From: a candidate division WOR-3 bacterium
GTDB taxonomy: Bacteria > Hydrothermota > UBA3072
Direction: 5' to 3'
Assembly: GCA_039804165.1 (NCBI GenBank)
Contig: JBDRZZ010000005.1
Location: 27,290 to 91,289 of the forward strand
DNA length: 64,000 nt
Numbering within the stretch: position 1 is the stretch's first letter; the number at the start of each line of letters is the position of its first letter. The translations under genes were made by a program, and so were the position numbers. Positions 29,627-41,036 of the stretch are shown here, piece by piece. The notes under the pieces were generated by a model. It had not been told where the DNA came from. It worked only from the letters and a program-made list of their open reading frames with translations, and made no database searches.

Positions 29627-30860
29627 TGATACACTCTGCTTCCAAGATTGTTGTTTCTCCTTCTGCTAAAAGACCGCCAATTGCTAATGTCATTCCAATT
29701 CTATGATCTCCAAAGCTTTCACAAATATTTCCTTTTAGTTTTACTGGTCCTTCTACTATAAAACCATCTTCTTTTTCTTCAATTTTTGCTCCTAATTTTC
29801 TTAATCCCTCTGTTATTGTATGAATTCTATCGCTCTCTTTTACTCTAAGTTCCTTAGCGTCCCTTACAATTGTTTTCCCCTTCGCCTGGGTTCCTGCAAG
29901 AGCAAGGATAGGAAGTTCATCTATTAGTTTTGGTATAATATCTCCTCCAATTTCTATTCCTTTTAAACTGCTGCCTTTTATAAGTATATCAGCTACTGGC
30001 TCATTACAAATCTCTTTTTTGTTTAAGATAGAAATCTGGGCGCCCATTTTTTTTAGAATTTCAATGATTCCTGTTCTCGTTGGATTTATTCCAACTTGTT
30101 CAATTAAGAGTTCTGAATCTTCTTGGCAAGATGCAAGAACAATGAAAAAAGCCGCTGAGGAAATATCTCCTGGGATAAAAACCTCTTGAGCGTTTAGCTT
30201 ATTTTTTTCTTTTAAGATTATCTTATTGCCCTTAAATTCTACTTTTGCCCCAAATAAATTTAACATTCTTTCTGTATGATCTCTACTTTGAGTAGGCTCT
30301 TCTATTATTGTATTTCCCCTAGCATAAAGGGAAGCGATCAATAAAGAAGATTTCACTTGTGCGCTTGGAATAGGTAACTTATAGTCTATTCCTTTTAACT
30401 TCGTCCCTTTTATTGCAAGAGGTGCATATTCATCGTTATTTCTCCCATATATTATAGCTCCCATCCTTCTAAGAGGCTCAACAATTCTTTTCATAGGACG
30501 GCTGAGGAGGGATTTATCTCCTGTAAGAATAGAGAAGAAATCTTGTCCTGCTAAAAGACCTGCGATTAATCTCATAGATGTTCCTGAATTTCTGCAGTCT
30601 AAAATATTAGATGGTTCAGCTAATCCGGTAAGCCCTTTTCCTTCTATTTCTAATACTTTATTATCTTCTTTAATCTGAACTCCAAGCTCTTTCATAATTT
30701 CTAAGGTGGAGTAACAATCTTCGCATGTTGAATAATTTCTTAGAATTGTTTTCCCTTCAGCGATTGATCCAATTATTAAACCACGATGAGTTATTGACTT
30801 ATCTCCACTTACTCTTATTTTGCCTTTTATCTTGGGAGATTTTGATAAAATGAGTTTCAC
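29553..30860 (-). CDS. aroA: 3-phosphoshikimate 1-carboxyvinyltransferase (EPSP synthase)
   Basis: GKIRVSGDKSITHRGLIIGSIAEGKT...LDCRNSGTSMRLIAGLLAG. Confidence 0.9.
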   Translation of the reverse strand: MKLILSKSPKIKGKIRVSGDKSITHRGLIIGSIAEGKTILRNYSTCEDCYSTLEIMKELGVQIKEDNKVLEIEGKGLTGLAEPSNILDCRNSGTSMRLIAGLLAGQDFFSILTGDKSLLSRPMKRIVEPLRRMGAIIYGRNNDEYAPLAIKGTKLKGIDYKLPIPSAQVKSSLLIASLYARGNTIIEEPTQSRDHTERMLNLFGAKVEFKGNKIILKEKNKLNAQEVFIPGDISSAAFFIVLASCQEDSELLIEQVGINPTRTGIIEILKKMGAQISILNKKEICNEPVADILIKGSSLKGIEIGGDIIPKLIDELPILALAGTQAKGKTIVRDAKELRVKESDRIHTITEGLRKLGAKIEEKEDGFIVEGPVKLKGNICESFGDHRIGMTLAIGGLLAEGETTILEAECINVSFPEFIRTLRRISGKNNIVEKN

Positions 30861-30862
30861 TT

Positions 30863-31684
30863 TTAGTCCTTTACAAGATAACTTCCTAAAATTTTCATAT
30901 AAGTTACGACTTCTTTTAAAGTCTCTACAGCATGGCTACAATTTTCATTTTCAAGACTTCCCCTAAAATCTATATAGAAGAGATAATCGTATGGTTTTCC
31001 AAAGGTAGCTCTAGATTCTAATTTGGTCAGGTCTATATTTCTCAAGGCAAAAATGCTTAGGCAGCGAAACAAGATTCCGGGTTCGTTTTTTACTCCAAAT
31101 ACAAGCATTGTTCTTGCATTTTCTCCTGAGTAGACTTCTTTTTTCTTTGATATTATAAGAAATCTTGTAAAATTATGAGGATGATTTTCAATTCCACTTT
31201 TTAATTTTTTAAAGCCGTAAAGTTTTGCCACTTGAGGTCCTGCTATAATCGCTACATCTTTTCTCTTTTCCTCTTTTACAATTTTTGCTGCGCCTGCGGT
31301 ATCGTAAACTGAGACCACTTTATATTCAGGATGTGAAGAAAGAAATTCTCTGCATTGAGCCAAAGCTTCAGGATGAGACCAAACTTCTTTTATATTTTCT
31401 AACTTTATTCCTTTAGGAGCCAATAGATTATGGACTATTTTTTGCTTCACTTCCCCAATCACCCAAACATCAAACTCAAGAAGTAAATCATAGTTTTGGT
31501 GAAGACTCCCTGTAAGGGAATTTTCCACAGGAACAATTCCATATGTATCTTTTTCTTTTTGAACTCTTTCAAAAATTTCTCTGAATGTTTTAACCCCAAT
31601 TCTTTTCACCTCCTTAGGGAAGAATTTATAGGAGGCAACTTCGCTATTACAACCTGGTTCTCCTTGATATATTACCTTTTTCAT
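30863..31684 (-). CDS. pheA: Prephenate dehydratase (monofunctional, with a C-terminal ACT domain)
   Basis: [15 protein letters not shown]...[14 protein letters not shown]... PDT fold and an ACT domain. No chorismate mutase domain. Confidence 0.85.
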   Translation of the reverse strand: MKKVIYQGEPGCNSEVASYKFFPKEVKRIGVKTFREIFERVQKEKDTYGIVPVENSLTGSLHQNYDLLLEFDVWVIGEVKQKIVHNLLAPKGIKLENIKEVWSHPEALAQCREFLSSHPEYKVVSVYDTAGAAKIVKEEKRKDVAIIAGPQVAKLYGFKKLKSGIENHPHNFTRFLIISKKKEVYSGENARTMLVFGVKNEPGILFRCLSIFALRNIDLTKLESRATFGKPYDYLFYIDFRGSLENENCSHAVETLKEVVTYMKILGSYLVKD

Positions 31685-32697
31685 AGTTCTCTCCCTACAA
31701 CTTTCGCTATTTTTCTTAAATCTTCCATTAATTCCTGAAAGGTAAGAGGAGTGATTGATTGTTTACCATCTGAAAGTGCGTGGGAAGGATCTGGGTGAAC
31801 CTCTATAATTAATCCGTCAGCCCCAGCTGCAATTGCAGCTCTTGCTAAGGAGGGAACATATCTACTATCTCCAGCAGGATGGCTTGGATCTACAACAATT
31901 GGTAAGTGAGAAAGATTTTTTATTACTGGGATTGTACTTATGTCAAGAGTATAACGAGTATAGGTTTCAAAAGTTCTTATCCCTCTTTCGCATAAAATTA
32001 CGTTTGGATTTCCTTCCGCTTGAATATATTCAGCTGACATAAGCCATTCTTCAATTGTAGCAGATATACCTCTTTTTAAAAGAACAGGTTTGTTAAACCT
32101 TCCAACTGTTTTTAGCAGCTGGAAATTTTGCATATTTCTAGCTCCAATTTGAAGGATATCTGCGTATTTTGCAACAAGTGGGACGTCAACTTCTGAAAGA
32201 ACTTCAGTTATTATGAGAAGACCCGTTTTTTCCCGTGCTTTCCCCAATATTTTTAGTCCCTTTTCTCCTAGCCCCTGAAAACTGTAAGGGGAGGTTCTTG
32301 GTTTAAAAGCACCTCCTCTTAAGATCTTTCCTCCTGCTTTTTTAACTTCTTGTGCTACTTTCAAAACAATTTCTTCTGATTCCACAGCGCAAGGACCAGC
32401 CATAACAACGATTTCTTTCCCTCCAATTGAAACCCCATCTATTTTTACAATTGTATCTTCAGGATGAAATTCTCTACTTCCAAGTTTAAAAGGACTTAAA
32501 ATTGGAGTAATCTTTTCTACGCCTGGAAGAGGTTCAATTGCAAGAATAATCCTTTCTCTATCGGTTGCTCCAATTACATGAATTACAGTTTTTTTTACCC
32601 CTTTAAAAACTTTTGTATCATAACCAAGCTCTTTTATTTTTGCCCTTACTTGGTTTATATCTTCTTTTGTTGCAGTTGAGCTCATCGTTATTACCAT
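31681..32697 (-). CDS. 3-deoxy-7-phosphoheptulonate (DAHP) synthase, type I-beta with an N-terminal ferredoxin-like regulatory domain
   Basis: N-terminal roughly 70-aa regulatory domain, then a KDO8PS-like core ([12 protein letters not shown]...[26 protein letters not shown]...VDPSHPAGD). Confidence 0.85.
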   Translation of the reverse strand: MVITMSSTATKEDINQVRAKIKELGYDTKVFKGVKKTVIHVIGATDRERIILAIEPLPGVEKITPILSPFKLGSREFHPEDTIVKIDGVSIGGKEIVVMAGPCAVESEEIVLKVAQEVKKAGGKILRGGAFKPRTSPYSFQGLGEKGLKILGKAREKTGLLIITEVLSEVDVPLVAKYADILQIGARNMQNFQLLKTVGRFNKPVLLKRGISATIEEWLMSAEYIQAEGNPNVILCERGIRTFETYTRYTLDISTIPVIKNLSHLPIVVDPSHPAGDSRYVPSLARAAIAAGADGLIIEVHPDPSHALSDGKQSITPLTFQELMEDLRKIAKVVGREL

Positions 32698-32727
32698 ATT
32701 ATTTCCTCCCTAATATATTTAACCTTT

Positions 32728-33507
32728 TCATAGTTTTGTTGCCTCTTTAAGTTGTCGGGTTAAATCTATCAAATTTTCTTTATTTATTATTGCTTCTATT
32801 ATTCTACTTCCTAAAATTACACCATCGGCTTTTCCGTGAAGCATTTTTATTTGCTCTGGGGTTGAGATTCCAAATCCCACAGCTATTGGTAGGTCTGTTA
32901 ATTTTTTTACTTCTTTTAGGAATTTATCAAGATAGCTTGGGAGTCTTTCTCTAATTCCTGTGGTTCCTGTTACTGTAACGCAATACACAAAACCCCTTGA
33001 TACGCTTACAATTTTTTTCCTTCTATTTAATGGAGAGGTAGGGGTTAAAAGAAAGATAAGTTCTGTTTCGTATTCTTTAGATAAAGAAATCCATTCTGAT
33101 GCTTCTTCAACAGGTAAGTCTGGAATTATAAGACCACTTACCCCACTGTCTTTCATATCTTTTATGAATTTTTCCTGTCCGTAGGCAAGTAGGGGATTCA
33201 AATAGCTCATGAAAACAAGAGGGACATTCACTTTTAATTTTTTTACAGCAGAAAGTATTTTCTTTAATGTAGTCCCTTTTGTTAAAGATATTTGTGAGGA
33301 GTGTTGTATTGTGGGGCCATCCGCAATGGGATCTGAAAAAGGTATTCCTATCTCAATTATATCTGCACCACTTTTTGATAGAGTTTTTATAATCTTCATT
33401 GATTCTCCAAGATTTGGAAATCCTCCTGTTACATAAAGAATTAAAGCCATCTCATTTTTTTCTTTTAATTCTTTGAATTTTTCTTGGATTTTTGAAGATC
33501 CCATCAT
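32728..33507 (-). CDS. trpA: Tryptophan synthase alpha chain
   Basis: [48 protein letters not shown]. Confidence 0.9.
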   Translation of the reverse strand: MMGSSKIQEKFKELKEKNEMALILYVTGGFPNLGESMKIIKTLSKSGADIIEIGIPFSDPIADGPTIQHSSQISLTKGTTLKKILSAVKKLKVNVPLVFMSYLNPLLAYGQEKFIKDMKDSGVSGLIIPDLPVEEASEWISLSKEYETELIFLLTPTSPLNRRKKIVSVSRGFVYCVTVTGTTGIRERLPSYLDKFLKEVKKLTDLPIAVGFGISTPEQIKMLHGKADGVILGSRIIEAIINKENLIDLTRQLKEATKL

Positions 33508-34685
33508 AATAGTCCTTCAACAATTTCTAAGTCTTTATCCCCTCTTCCGGAAAGATTAACAATAATTATTTTATCTTTTGGTATATTCTTTCCAATTTTT
33601 ATTGCATAGGCAAGGGCATGAGAACTTTCTAGAGCTGGAATTATTCCTTCGGTTTTTGATAGAATATCAAAAGCTTCTAAGGCTTCTTTATCTTTTACTG
33701 CTGTAAACTCTACAATCCCTTCTTCTTTTAGATAAGCATGTTCTGGCCCTACCCCAGGATAATCCAAACCAGGAGCAATTGAGTGAGTTTCCATTATTTG
33801 TCCGTCTTTATTTTGTAGGAGATAACTCATAGCTCCGTGAAGGGTTCCAATTCCTCCTTTGCATAGACTTGCCGCGTGTTTTTTTGTATCAAGCCCAAGC
33901 CCAGCTGCTTCGACTCCAATCATTTTAATTTTTTCTCCTATAAAGGGATAAAAAATTCCTATGGCATTACTCCCTCCACCTACGCAAGCTATGATTAAAT
34001 CTGGGAGTCTATTTTCTTTTTCTAAAATTTGTGACTTTGTTTCTTTTCCTATCACAGATTGAAAATCTCTTACCATCATTGGATAAGGATGAGGCCCTAC
34101 CACAGAACCAATACAATAGTGAGTTGTTTCTACATTAGTAACCCAATCTCTTATAGCTTCATTTATTGCATCTTTAAGAGTTTTCGAACCTGAGTCCACT
34201 GGAATTACTTCTGCTCCAAGAAGTTTCATTCTAAAAACATTCATTTTTTGTCTTTTTATATCCTTTGTTCCCATATAAACGTGGCACTCTAAACCCAAAA
34301 GGGCGCAAGCTGTTGCAGTTGCTACTCCATGTTGACCTGCCCCAGTTTCAGCAATTACCCTTTCTTTTCCCATTTTTTTTGCTAAGAGAGCCTGACCCAA
34401 GGTATTATTTATTTTATGAGCCCCTGTGTGCATCATATCTTCTCTTTTTAGATATATTTTTGCTCCGCCTACTTTTTGGGTAAGCCTTTCTGCGAAGTAT
34501 AAAGGAGATGGCCTCCCAGCGTATTCCTTTAAATAGTAATTTAACTCATCATTAAAATTTTTGTCTTCTTTAAGAGATTTATATGCTTTTTCTAATTCAG
34601 AGACTGCATTCATTAAAACTTCAGGGATAAACTTCCCTCCAAATCTTCCAAAATATCCTCTTTCATCGGGTAAATTATAATTCAT
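33504..34685 (-). CDS. trpB: Tryptophan synthase beta chain
   Basis: [10 protein letters not shown]...HTGAHKINN...GVGPEH. PLP enzyme. Confidence 0.9.
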   Translation of the reverse strand: MNYNLPDERGYFGRFGGKFIPEVLMNAVSELEKAYKSLKEDKNFNDELNYYLKEYAGRPSPLYFAERLTQKVGGAKIYLKREDMMHTGAHKINNTLGQALLAKKMGKERVIAETGAGQHGVATATACALLGLECHVYMGTKDIKRQKMNVFRMKLLGAEVIPVDSGSKTLKDAINEAIRDWVTNVETTHYCIGSVVGPHPYPMMVRDFQSVIGKETKSQILEKENRLPDLIIACVGGGSNAIGIFYPFIGEKIKMIGVEAAGLGLDTKKHAASLCKGGIGTLHGAMSYLLQNKDGQIMETHSIAPGLDYPGVGPEHAYLKEEGIVEFTAVKDKEALEAFDILSKTEGIIPALESSHALAYAIKIGKNIPKDKIIIVNLSGRGDKDLEIVEGLL

Positions 34686-35115
34686 TTTTACTTTCCTTTA
34701 ATAGATAATTAAGAGCAAGGATATATCCATACCAACCAAGGCCACTGATTTGTCCTTTACATACAGGAGCAATCATACTTGTGTGTCTAAATTCTTCTCT
34801 ACCGTATATATTACTTAAATGGACCTCTACTGTTGGGATTTCCATAGCTTCAATTGCATCTCTAATCGCAATTGAGGTGTGAGTATAACCACCCGGATTT
34901 ATAACTATTCCTGAATATCCTTTTGCCTTATGGATAAATTCCACAATTTCTCCTTCGCTATTTGACTGCTTTATTTCTACCTCAATTTTATTTTCTTTAG
35001 CAAATTTTTTTATCTCTTCATTTATTTTTTCGAGATTCATTTTTCCATAAATTTCCGGTTTTCTTTTGCCTAAAAGATTAAGGTTTGGTCCATGAATTAC
35101 AAGAAATTTTTGCAT
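34675..35115 (-). CDS. aroQ: 3-dehydroquinate dehydratase, type II
   Basis: [24 protein letters not shown]...[16 protein letters not shown]. Confidence 0.9.
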   Translation of the reverse strand: MQKFLVIHGPNLNLLGKRKPEIYGKMNLEKINEEIKKFAKENKIEVEIKQSNSEGEIVEFIHKAKGYSGIVINPGGYTHTSIAIRDAIEAMEIPTVEVHLSNIYGREEFRHTSMIAPVCKGQISGLGWYGYILALNYLLKESKNEL

Positions 35116-36677
35116 TCTACCTCCTTAAAAATTATTTTACCTATTCCTTTTGGAACTGGTAATCTTATTTTTCCATTTCTCACTTTTTTGTCTTGTGCTA
35201 CAAATTTTCTCATCTCTTTATAATTTATATTATCTGGAAGTGATGTTGGCAACTGGTATTTTGAGACTAATTCTTGGATTCTCAAAAAATCTCTTTCTCG
35301 GAGTATTTTTTCTTTTAGGGCTAATTTTGCCTCTTCCACCATTCCAATTGCAATCGCTTCTCCATGAGTATATTTAGAATAATTTGTTAAAGTTTCTATA
35401 ATATGACCTATTGTATGACCATAATTTAGAATTTCTCTTTTCCCTTTTTCTTCCTTTTCGTCTTTTTCTACAACTTCTTTTTTAATCTTGATGCATCTTG
35501 TTACGATTTCTAATAGGGTTGGGATGTCTCTATTTAAGATTTCTTTTTGTTTCTCCTCCAAGAGATAGAAAAGCTTTGCGTCTTTTATTATTCCGTATTT
35601 TATCACTTCCGCCAGGCCGTTTCTGAATTCTTTCTCAGGAAGAGATAAGAGTTTTTTAATATCAACAATAACTTTCTCAGGCTGATAAAATGTTCCAATC
35701 ATATTCTTCCCAAGAGGATGGTCCACGCCGGTTTTCCCACCAATTGAAGAATCTACTTGGGCAATTAAGGTAGTCGGAATGTGAAAAATAGGGATTCCTC
35801 TTTTAAATGTAGAAGCCACAAAAGCTCCCAAGTCACCAATTACCCCTCCTCCGAGAGCCAAGATGGTTCCGGATCTATCCATTTTTTCTTTAAGAAGAAA
35901 ATCATAAACATCTTTTACAGTGTCAAGAGTTTTGTATTTTTCGCCACTGGGAATTGTGAATATTAAAGAATTTAATCCTTTTTTTCTCAATATATTTTCT
36001 ATTTCATAGTAATATAATGAACTAATTAATGGGTTTGATATTACCACTACTTTATTAGTAGGACTTATGTTTAAATAATCTTTTTCAAAAAGATCATATC
36101 CAATGATAATCGGATAAGTTTTAGAACTTGTTTTTATTTTGATTATTTTAAAGAGATTTTTCCCCCACTTTTTTTCAATTTTTAGTTCTTCTATTATTTT
36201 TCTTGCTACTTCTTCTTTTGTAATTGAAGAGGTATCAATTTTTTTATCTGCGAATTCATATATTCCTTTTTTCATCCTTTCGTTATAGATTTTTTCAATG
36301 TTATCTTTATTTTTTATTAAGGGTCTTGTTTCATCATTCTTTAATCTTTCTTTAATAGCGGGAAGAGTAGCATAAAGATAAACCACCTTTCCAATCTTAG
36401 AAAGGAGTTCCCTATTTTCTTTGTCTTTTACTACACCCCCTCCTGTAGCAATCACTGTATTTTTTATATTTTTTATTTCCTGGAGTGTCTGTTTCTCAAT
36501 CTTTCTAAAGTATTTTTCTCCAGACTCTTCAAATATTCTATTTATAGATCTTTTTTCTTTAAAAGTTATATAATCATCCATTGAAAAAAAACAGAGATTA
36601 GTCCTCTTTGAGAGCTCTTTGCCTACAGAATCTTTACCTGAGCCCATAAACCCAATTAGAATTATATTGTTAGACAC
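35097..36677 (-). CDS. Bifunctional shikimate kinase / 3-dehydroquinate synthase (AroK-AroB fusion)
   Basis: N-terminal IILIGFMGSGKDSVGKELSKR (shikimate kinase P-loop) and a C-terminal DHQ synthase (GGGVIGDLGAFVASTFKRGIPIFHIPTTLIAQVDSSIGGKTGVD). GTG start. Confidence 0.85.
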   Translation of the reverse strand: MSNNIILIGFMGSGKDSVGKELSKRTNLCFFSMDDYITFKEKRSINRIFEESGEKYFRKIEKQTLQEIKNIKNTVIATGGGVVKDKENRELLSKIGKVVYLYATLPAIKERLKNDETRPLIKNKDNIEKIYNERMKKGIYEFADKKIDTSSITKEEVARKIIEELKIEKKWGKNLFKIIKIKTSSKTYPIIIGYDLFEKDYLNISPTNKVVVISNPLISSLYYYEIENILRKKGLNSLIFTIPSGEKYKTLDTVKDVYDFLLKEKMDRSGTILALGGGVIGDLGAFVASTFKRGIPIFHIPTTLIAQVDSSIGGKTGVDHPLGKNMIGTFYQPEKVIVDIKKLLSLPEKEFRNGLAEVIKYGIIKDAKLFYLLEEKQKEILNRDIPTLLEIVTRCIKIKKEVVEKDEKEEKGKREILNYGHTIGHIIETLTNYSKYTHGEAIAIGMVEEAKLALKEKILRERDFLRIQELVSKYQLPTSLPDNINYKEMRKFVAQDKKVRNGKIRLPVPKGIGKIIFKEVECKNFL

Positions 36678-37812
36678 TTTTAATCCTCTTTATATAGAAA
36701 TTGTAATTTGCTTTAATGTCTTCCATGCAATCTCCGCCAAATTTTTCCAGAAAGGCGTCGGTTAGGATATATGCAAGAACGCTCTCTCCAATAACTCCAG
36801 CTGCAGGAACAATGCAAGTATCAGCTCTTTCTTTTTGGGCAAAGGTTTGTTTTTTTGTAATGAGGTCTACAGAGCGGAGGGGTTGAGATAGAGTTGGAAT
36901 TGGTTTCATAAATATTCTCACTATGATGTCTTCTCCATTACTCATTCCCCCTTCAATACCTCCAGCTCTATTTGTAAGTCTATAGAATCCCTTTTTCTTA
37001 TCATAAAATATTTCATCATGGACTTCAGAACCAAACATTTCTGTATTTTGAATTCCTTCTCCAATTTCAACAGCTTTTACAGAAGGTATTGACATCATTC
37101 CTCCTGCAATTTTTGTATCAAGCCTTCGATCAAAATGAGTATAACTTCCTATTCCAGGGCAAACTCCTTTTGCGATTATTTCACTTACCCCACCAAGAGA
37201 GTTTCCATTTTTTCTTGCTTCATCAATTAGTTCCATCATCTCTTTCTCTCTTTCGGGATCTCTACATCTTAGAGGAGTATTTTCTATTTCTTCAAAACTC
37301 CTTTTGTTTTCCTTTATTTTTATTTTTCCAATTGAAATGGTATGGGAATAAATTTTTACTCCAAATTCTCTTAAAAAGGTTTTAAATATTGCTCCTGCAG
37401 CTACTCTTCCAGAAGTTTCTCTTGCAGAGGCTCTTTCTAAGATGTCTCTTATATCCTCTCTATTATATTTTAAAGTTCCTGATAAGTCGGCATGTCCTGG
37501 ACGAGGAGAAGTTACTTTCTCTACATTCTTTTCTCCTTCTATTCTCATTATATCTTTCCAGTTTTCAAAATCTCTATTTTGAATTAAAAAAGTTATTGGA
37601 GAACCTATTGTTTCTCCGAATCTTATTCCAGATAAAATTTCGATTTCATCTTTTTCAATTTTCATTCTATTCCCACGTCCATATCCTTTTTGTCGCCTTG
37701 AGAGTTCTTCATTCAAAAAGTCAAGATCTATTTTTAATCCTGCCGGTAGCCCTTCTATTATTACAGTCAGACTTTTACCGTGTGATTCACCAGAGGTTAA
37801 TAATCTAATCAT
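36670..37812 (-). CDS. aroC: Chorismate synthase
   Basis: MIRLLTSGESHGKSLTVIIEGLPAGL...RPGHADL... Confidence 0.9.
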   Translation of the reverse strand: MIRLLTSGESHGKSLTVIIEGLPAGLKIDLDFLNEELSRRQKGYGRGNRMKIEKDEIEILSGIRFGETIGSPITFLIQNRDFENWKDIMRIEGEKNVEKVTSPRPGHADLSGTLKYNREDIRDILERASARETSGRVAAGAIFKTFLREFGVKIYSHTISIGKIKIKENKRSFEEIENTPLRCRDPEREKEMMELIDEARKNGNSLGGVSEIIAKGVCPGIGSYTHFDRRLDTKIAGGMMSIPSVKAVEIGEGIQNTEMFGSEVHDEIFYDKKKGFYRLTNRAGGIEGGMSNGEDIIVRIFMKPIPTLSQPLRSVDLITKKQTFAQKERADTCIVPAAGVIGESVLAYILTDAFLEKFGGDCMEDIKANYNFYIKRIKSV

Positions 37813-38582
37813 TTTTTGAATCCTGCAGCCTTTTTCATTACTTCTATGGGTGCTTTTTTACCTGTCCATATTGTAAAAGCACGAGCACCTTGTAAGACAA
37901 GCATTAAAGAACCATCCACTACTTTGATCCCCTTTTTTTGCTTCATTTTAAATTTATAGTTTATGTCGTAGTAAGTAGAACCTTCTTTAAGTAAATTTAA
38001 AATTTTATCCTGTAAATCTATTGGGGTTGCGTTAAAAATTATATCCATTTCCGGAATTAGTTTTCTAACATTCTTAAGGAGAATGAACTCGGCGTTATAA
38101 ATCTTGGCAAGTTTTTTAGCTTTTTCTGAAATTTTATCAGTAATAAAAAATTGGGAAGGCTCTTTTTTGTTTATTATATAAGAACAAGCATATCCTACTC
38201 CACCTGCTCCAATTAGCATAACTTTTTTATTCTTAAGATTAATTTTATAATGAGAAAGAGACTGGTTAAATCCGTAGACATCTGTATTGAATCCTTTCAG
38301 TTTCCCTTCTTTTATAAGGACAGTGTTTACAGCATCTATTGTTTTTGCTTCTTGAGAGATTTCATCAAGATATTGAATTATTTCTTTTTTATAAGGAATT
38401 GTAACATTGAAACCTCTAAAGCCAAGAGCGCGAAATCCATAAATGGCTTCTTTTAACTTTTCTTTTTTAATTGGAAAACTAAGATAAATTCCCTCAATAT
38501 TAAGGGCTTTAAATGCGGCGTTATGCATATGGGGTGATAATGTTATTTTTAGAGGATAGCCTATTATTCCTGTAATTAACAA
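37809..38582 (-). CDS. aroE: Shikimate 5-dehydrogenase
   Basis: GIIGYPLKITLSPHMHNAAFKALNIEGIYL...GAGGVGYA. TTG start preceded by GGAGG. Confidence 0.85.
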   Translation of the reverse strand: MLITGIIGYPLKITLSPHMHNAAFKALNIEGIYLSFPIKKEKLKEAIYGFRALGFRGFNVTIPYKKEIIQYLDEISQEAKTIDAVNTVLIKEGKLKGFNTDVYGFNQSLSHYKINLKNKKVMLIGAGGVGYACSYIINKKEPSQFFITDKISEKAKKLAKIYNAEFILLKNVRKLIPEMDIIFNATPIDLQDKILNLLKEGSTYYDINYKFKMKQKKGIKVVDGSLMLVLQGARAFTIWTGKKAPIEVMKKAAGFKK

Positions 38583-39187
38583 GTTCTCACCTCCTCAATG
38601 AATTTTTTAACTTTTTCTTTATCTTTTTTACCCTCTATTTTTTCAACTCCTGTAGATACATCAACACCATAAGGAGAAAGCATTTTTATTACAATTTTGA
38701 CATTTTCAGGGGAAAGACCTCCGGCAATTATTAGAGTTTTTTTAATTCCTCTTGCAATTTCCCAATTGAATGTTTTTCCGCTTCCTTTTCCTGGATCGAG
38801 AATATATGCTGAGACAGAATATGGTTCCATTTTTTTTATGAGATTTTCTTTTGAATCAAAAGGAGAGATAGAGATTCGCTTTATAACTTTTCTATTCACT
38901 TTATTACAATACTCTGGAGATTCATCACCATGTAATTGAACCACATCTAAAGGGACAAATTCCGCTATTTCGTTAACTTCTGAAAGAGGAGCATCCATAA
39001 AAACTCCAACTACTGTAATAAATGGGGGAAGTTTTTTTACTATCTCTTTGGCCTTTTGTGGTGTGATTCTTCTTTTCGATTCTGCGAAGACAAAACCTAT
39101 TGCGTCTGCTCCAAGTTCTGAAACCATTAGGGCGTCTTCCTCGTTTGTAATTCCGCAAATTTTTAGTTTTGTTCTTCTTGTAGCCAT
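38576..39187 (-). CDS. trpF: N-(5'-phosphoribosyl)anthranilate isomerase
   Basis: KLKICGITNEEDALMVSELGADAIGFVF...VQLHGDE. Confidence 0.85.
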   Translation of the reverse strand: MATRRTKLKICGITNEEDALMVSELGADAIGFVFAESKRRITPQKAKEIVKKLPPFITVVGVFMDAPLSEVNEIAEFVPLDVVQLHGDESPEYCNKVNRKVIKRISISPFDSKENLIKKMEPYSVSAYILDPGKGSGKTFNWEIARGIKKTLIIAGGLSPENVKIVIKMLSPYGVDVSTGVEKIEGKKDKEKVKKFIEEVRTC

Positions 39188-40254
39188 TTTTTTCCTTCTT
39201 CCATTACATTAATAAAATTTTTCTTTTTACCATCTTTCACTGATTTTATTACATATCTAAGAGCACTCTCTAAGTTTTTATATAATTTATTCTTAAAAGG
39301 ATTGAATTTCTGGATCGCATAATATAAATAAGGATTTTCTGTGATAACGTCTTTTGTTGTCTTTAATTGAGAATTAAAAGTTGTGCTTGCCATTTCCTTT
39401 AATTCTTCATACTTATACTCTCCATTCATTAAAGCTTTCATAAATATTATGTTAATTACATGGGATAAACCAAGGATATAGGAAATTTTTTTGTCGTGTT
39501 CTTCAAGGGAAGTTTCTATAATTGATACGCTTGTATCTTTAAAGAATTTTTTTACTTTTTCATCTGCAAAATTATTTCCACAATTACAGATGCAGATTAT
39601 TCTATCAGAAAGGGTGCTTACTTTTGGTCCAAACATAGGATGAATGCTTGTGTAGGCTATTTTGTGTTTAATGGCTTTTTTGATTGCAGATTTTAAAGGG
39701 CTTTTTAAACTTGCTATATCAAAGACGATCCCTTTGAAATTCAATTTGATTATCTTCTCGATAATTTCTGGCATAACTTCAAAAGGAGTGGCTATTAAAA
39801 TACAGGTTGCTTTATTAATTGCATCTTCCAAATTGTCAAAGCATTTAAAATCTTTTGATTTCCCTTTTGTATCATAAATTAGCACATGATGCCCTTGATT
39901 CGTGAAAAAGTTTGCGAACCATCTTCCCATTTCTCCAAGTCCACCAATGATTAGAATGTCTTCTTTATCTCCTGTGTATGAAGGGGATTGTAGTTTTTCC
40001 TGCTGGAGCTTAGATTCCGTTATTATATGTTGCATAATAGCCTTTACCAAATCCTTTGAAAGTTTCTCTTTTGAAGCTGCCTGAAGAGCGTTTTTTATAA
40101 CCTCTTTTTCTACCTTCCAGTCCCTTAAAGGGATTCCCTTTTCTTTTTTCCTTTTTCCTATTTCTTTTGTTATTGAAAGTCTTTTTCCTATAAGTTTAAT
40201 TATTTCTCTATCGACCTTTTTTACTTCTTTTCTAAGTTTTTCAATTTCTTCCAT
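39163..40254 (-). CDS. tyrA: Bifunctional chorismate mutase (AroQ class) / prephenate dehydrogenase (T-protein)
   Basis: N-terminal CM_2 helix bundle (LRKEVKKVDREIIKLIGKRLSITKEIGKRKKEKGIPLRD) and a Rossmann-fold PDH (ILIIGGLGEMGRWFANFF). Confidence 0.8.
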   Translation of the reverse strand: MEEIEKLRKEVKKVDREIIKLIGKRLSITKEIGKRKKEKGIPLRDWKVEKEVIKNALQAASKEKLSKDLVKAIMQHIITESKLQQEKLQSPSYTGDKEDILIIGGLGEMGRWFANFFTNQGHHVLIYDTKGKSKDFKCFDNLEDAINKATCILIATPFEVMPEIIEKIIKLNFKGIVFDIASLKSPLKSAIKKAIKHKIAYTSIHPMFGPKVSTLSDRIICICNCGNNFADEKVKKFFKDTSVSIIETSLEEHDKKISYILGLSHVINIIFMKALMNGEYKYEELKEMASTTFNSQLKTTKDVITENPYLYYAIQKFNPFKNKLYKNLESALRYVIKSVKDGKKKNFINVMEEGKKWLQEEQN

Positions 40255-40256
40255 TT

Positions 40257-41036
40257 TTACCTTCCAAGAAGTTCTTTTATTTTTTCTCCAGGTTCTCTTT
40301 CCCTTAATAGTGTTTCTCCAACTAAAATTGCGTTAAATCCTGCTTCTTCTAAGATTTGGACGTCCTCTCTTTTTTTAATACCACTTTCACTCACTGTTAT
40401 ATATTTCTCAGGGATAAATTTCTTTAAATTTATTGAGTTGTCAATAGATGTTTTGAATGTTTCGAGATCTCTATTGTTTATCCCTATTATCTCTGCTTCG
40501 GTAGAGAAGACTTTCTGTAGTTCTTCTTTTTTGTGGATCTCTACAAGGGGATAAAGTCCAAGGTCTTTTGCAAGTTGGATAAATTTTTTTAATTGTTCTA
40601 ATTCAAGGATTCTTGCTATTAAAAGGATTGCATCAGCTCCAAGATAGGCGGATTCATATATTTGATATTCGTCTATGATGAAATCTTTTCTTAATATAGG
40701 GAGCCCAACTCCTCCTTTTACAAGAGGTATGTCACTATCTTTGCCCCAGAAGAATTTTGCATCAGTTATAATAGATATTGCACTCGCCCCAGAACTTTCA
40801 TATTCCCTTGCTATAGCAATAGGATCAAGATTTTCCATTATTATTCCAGAAGAAGGAGACATTCTTTTTATTTCAGCAATTAGAGAAATTTTGTTTCCCT
40901 CTAAAGCTTTCTTAAAATCTCTTGTTTCTTTTGGTATTTTTTGGATAAAAGTTCTAAGAGGAATGAAACTCCTTCTTTTCTCAATTTCTACTTTTTTAAA
41001 ATCGAGGATCTTTTTTAGAATATTTTTTTCTATCAT
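40257..41036 (-). CDS. trpC: Indole-3-glycerol phosphate synthase
   Basis: SLIAEIKRMSPSSGII...ILLIARIL...IGINNRDLETF. Confidence 0.9.
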   Translation of the reverse strand: MIEKNILKKILDFKKVEIEKRRSFIPLRTFIQKIPKETRDFKKALEGNKISLIAEIKRMSPSSGIIMENLDPIAIAREYESSGASAISIITDAKFFWGKDSDIPLVKGGVGLPILRKDFIIDEYQIYESAYLGADAILLIARILELEQLKKFIQLAKDLGLYPLVEIHKKEELQKVFSTEAEIIGINNRDLETFKTSIDNSINLKKFIPEKYITVSESGIKKREDVQILEEAGFNAILVGETLLREREPGEKIKELLGR

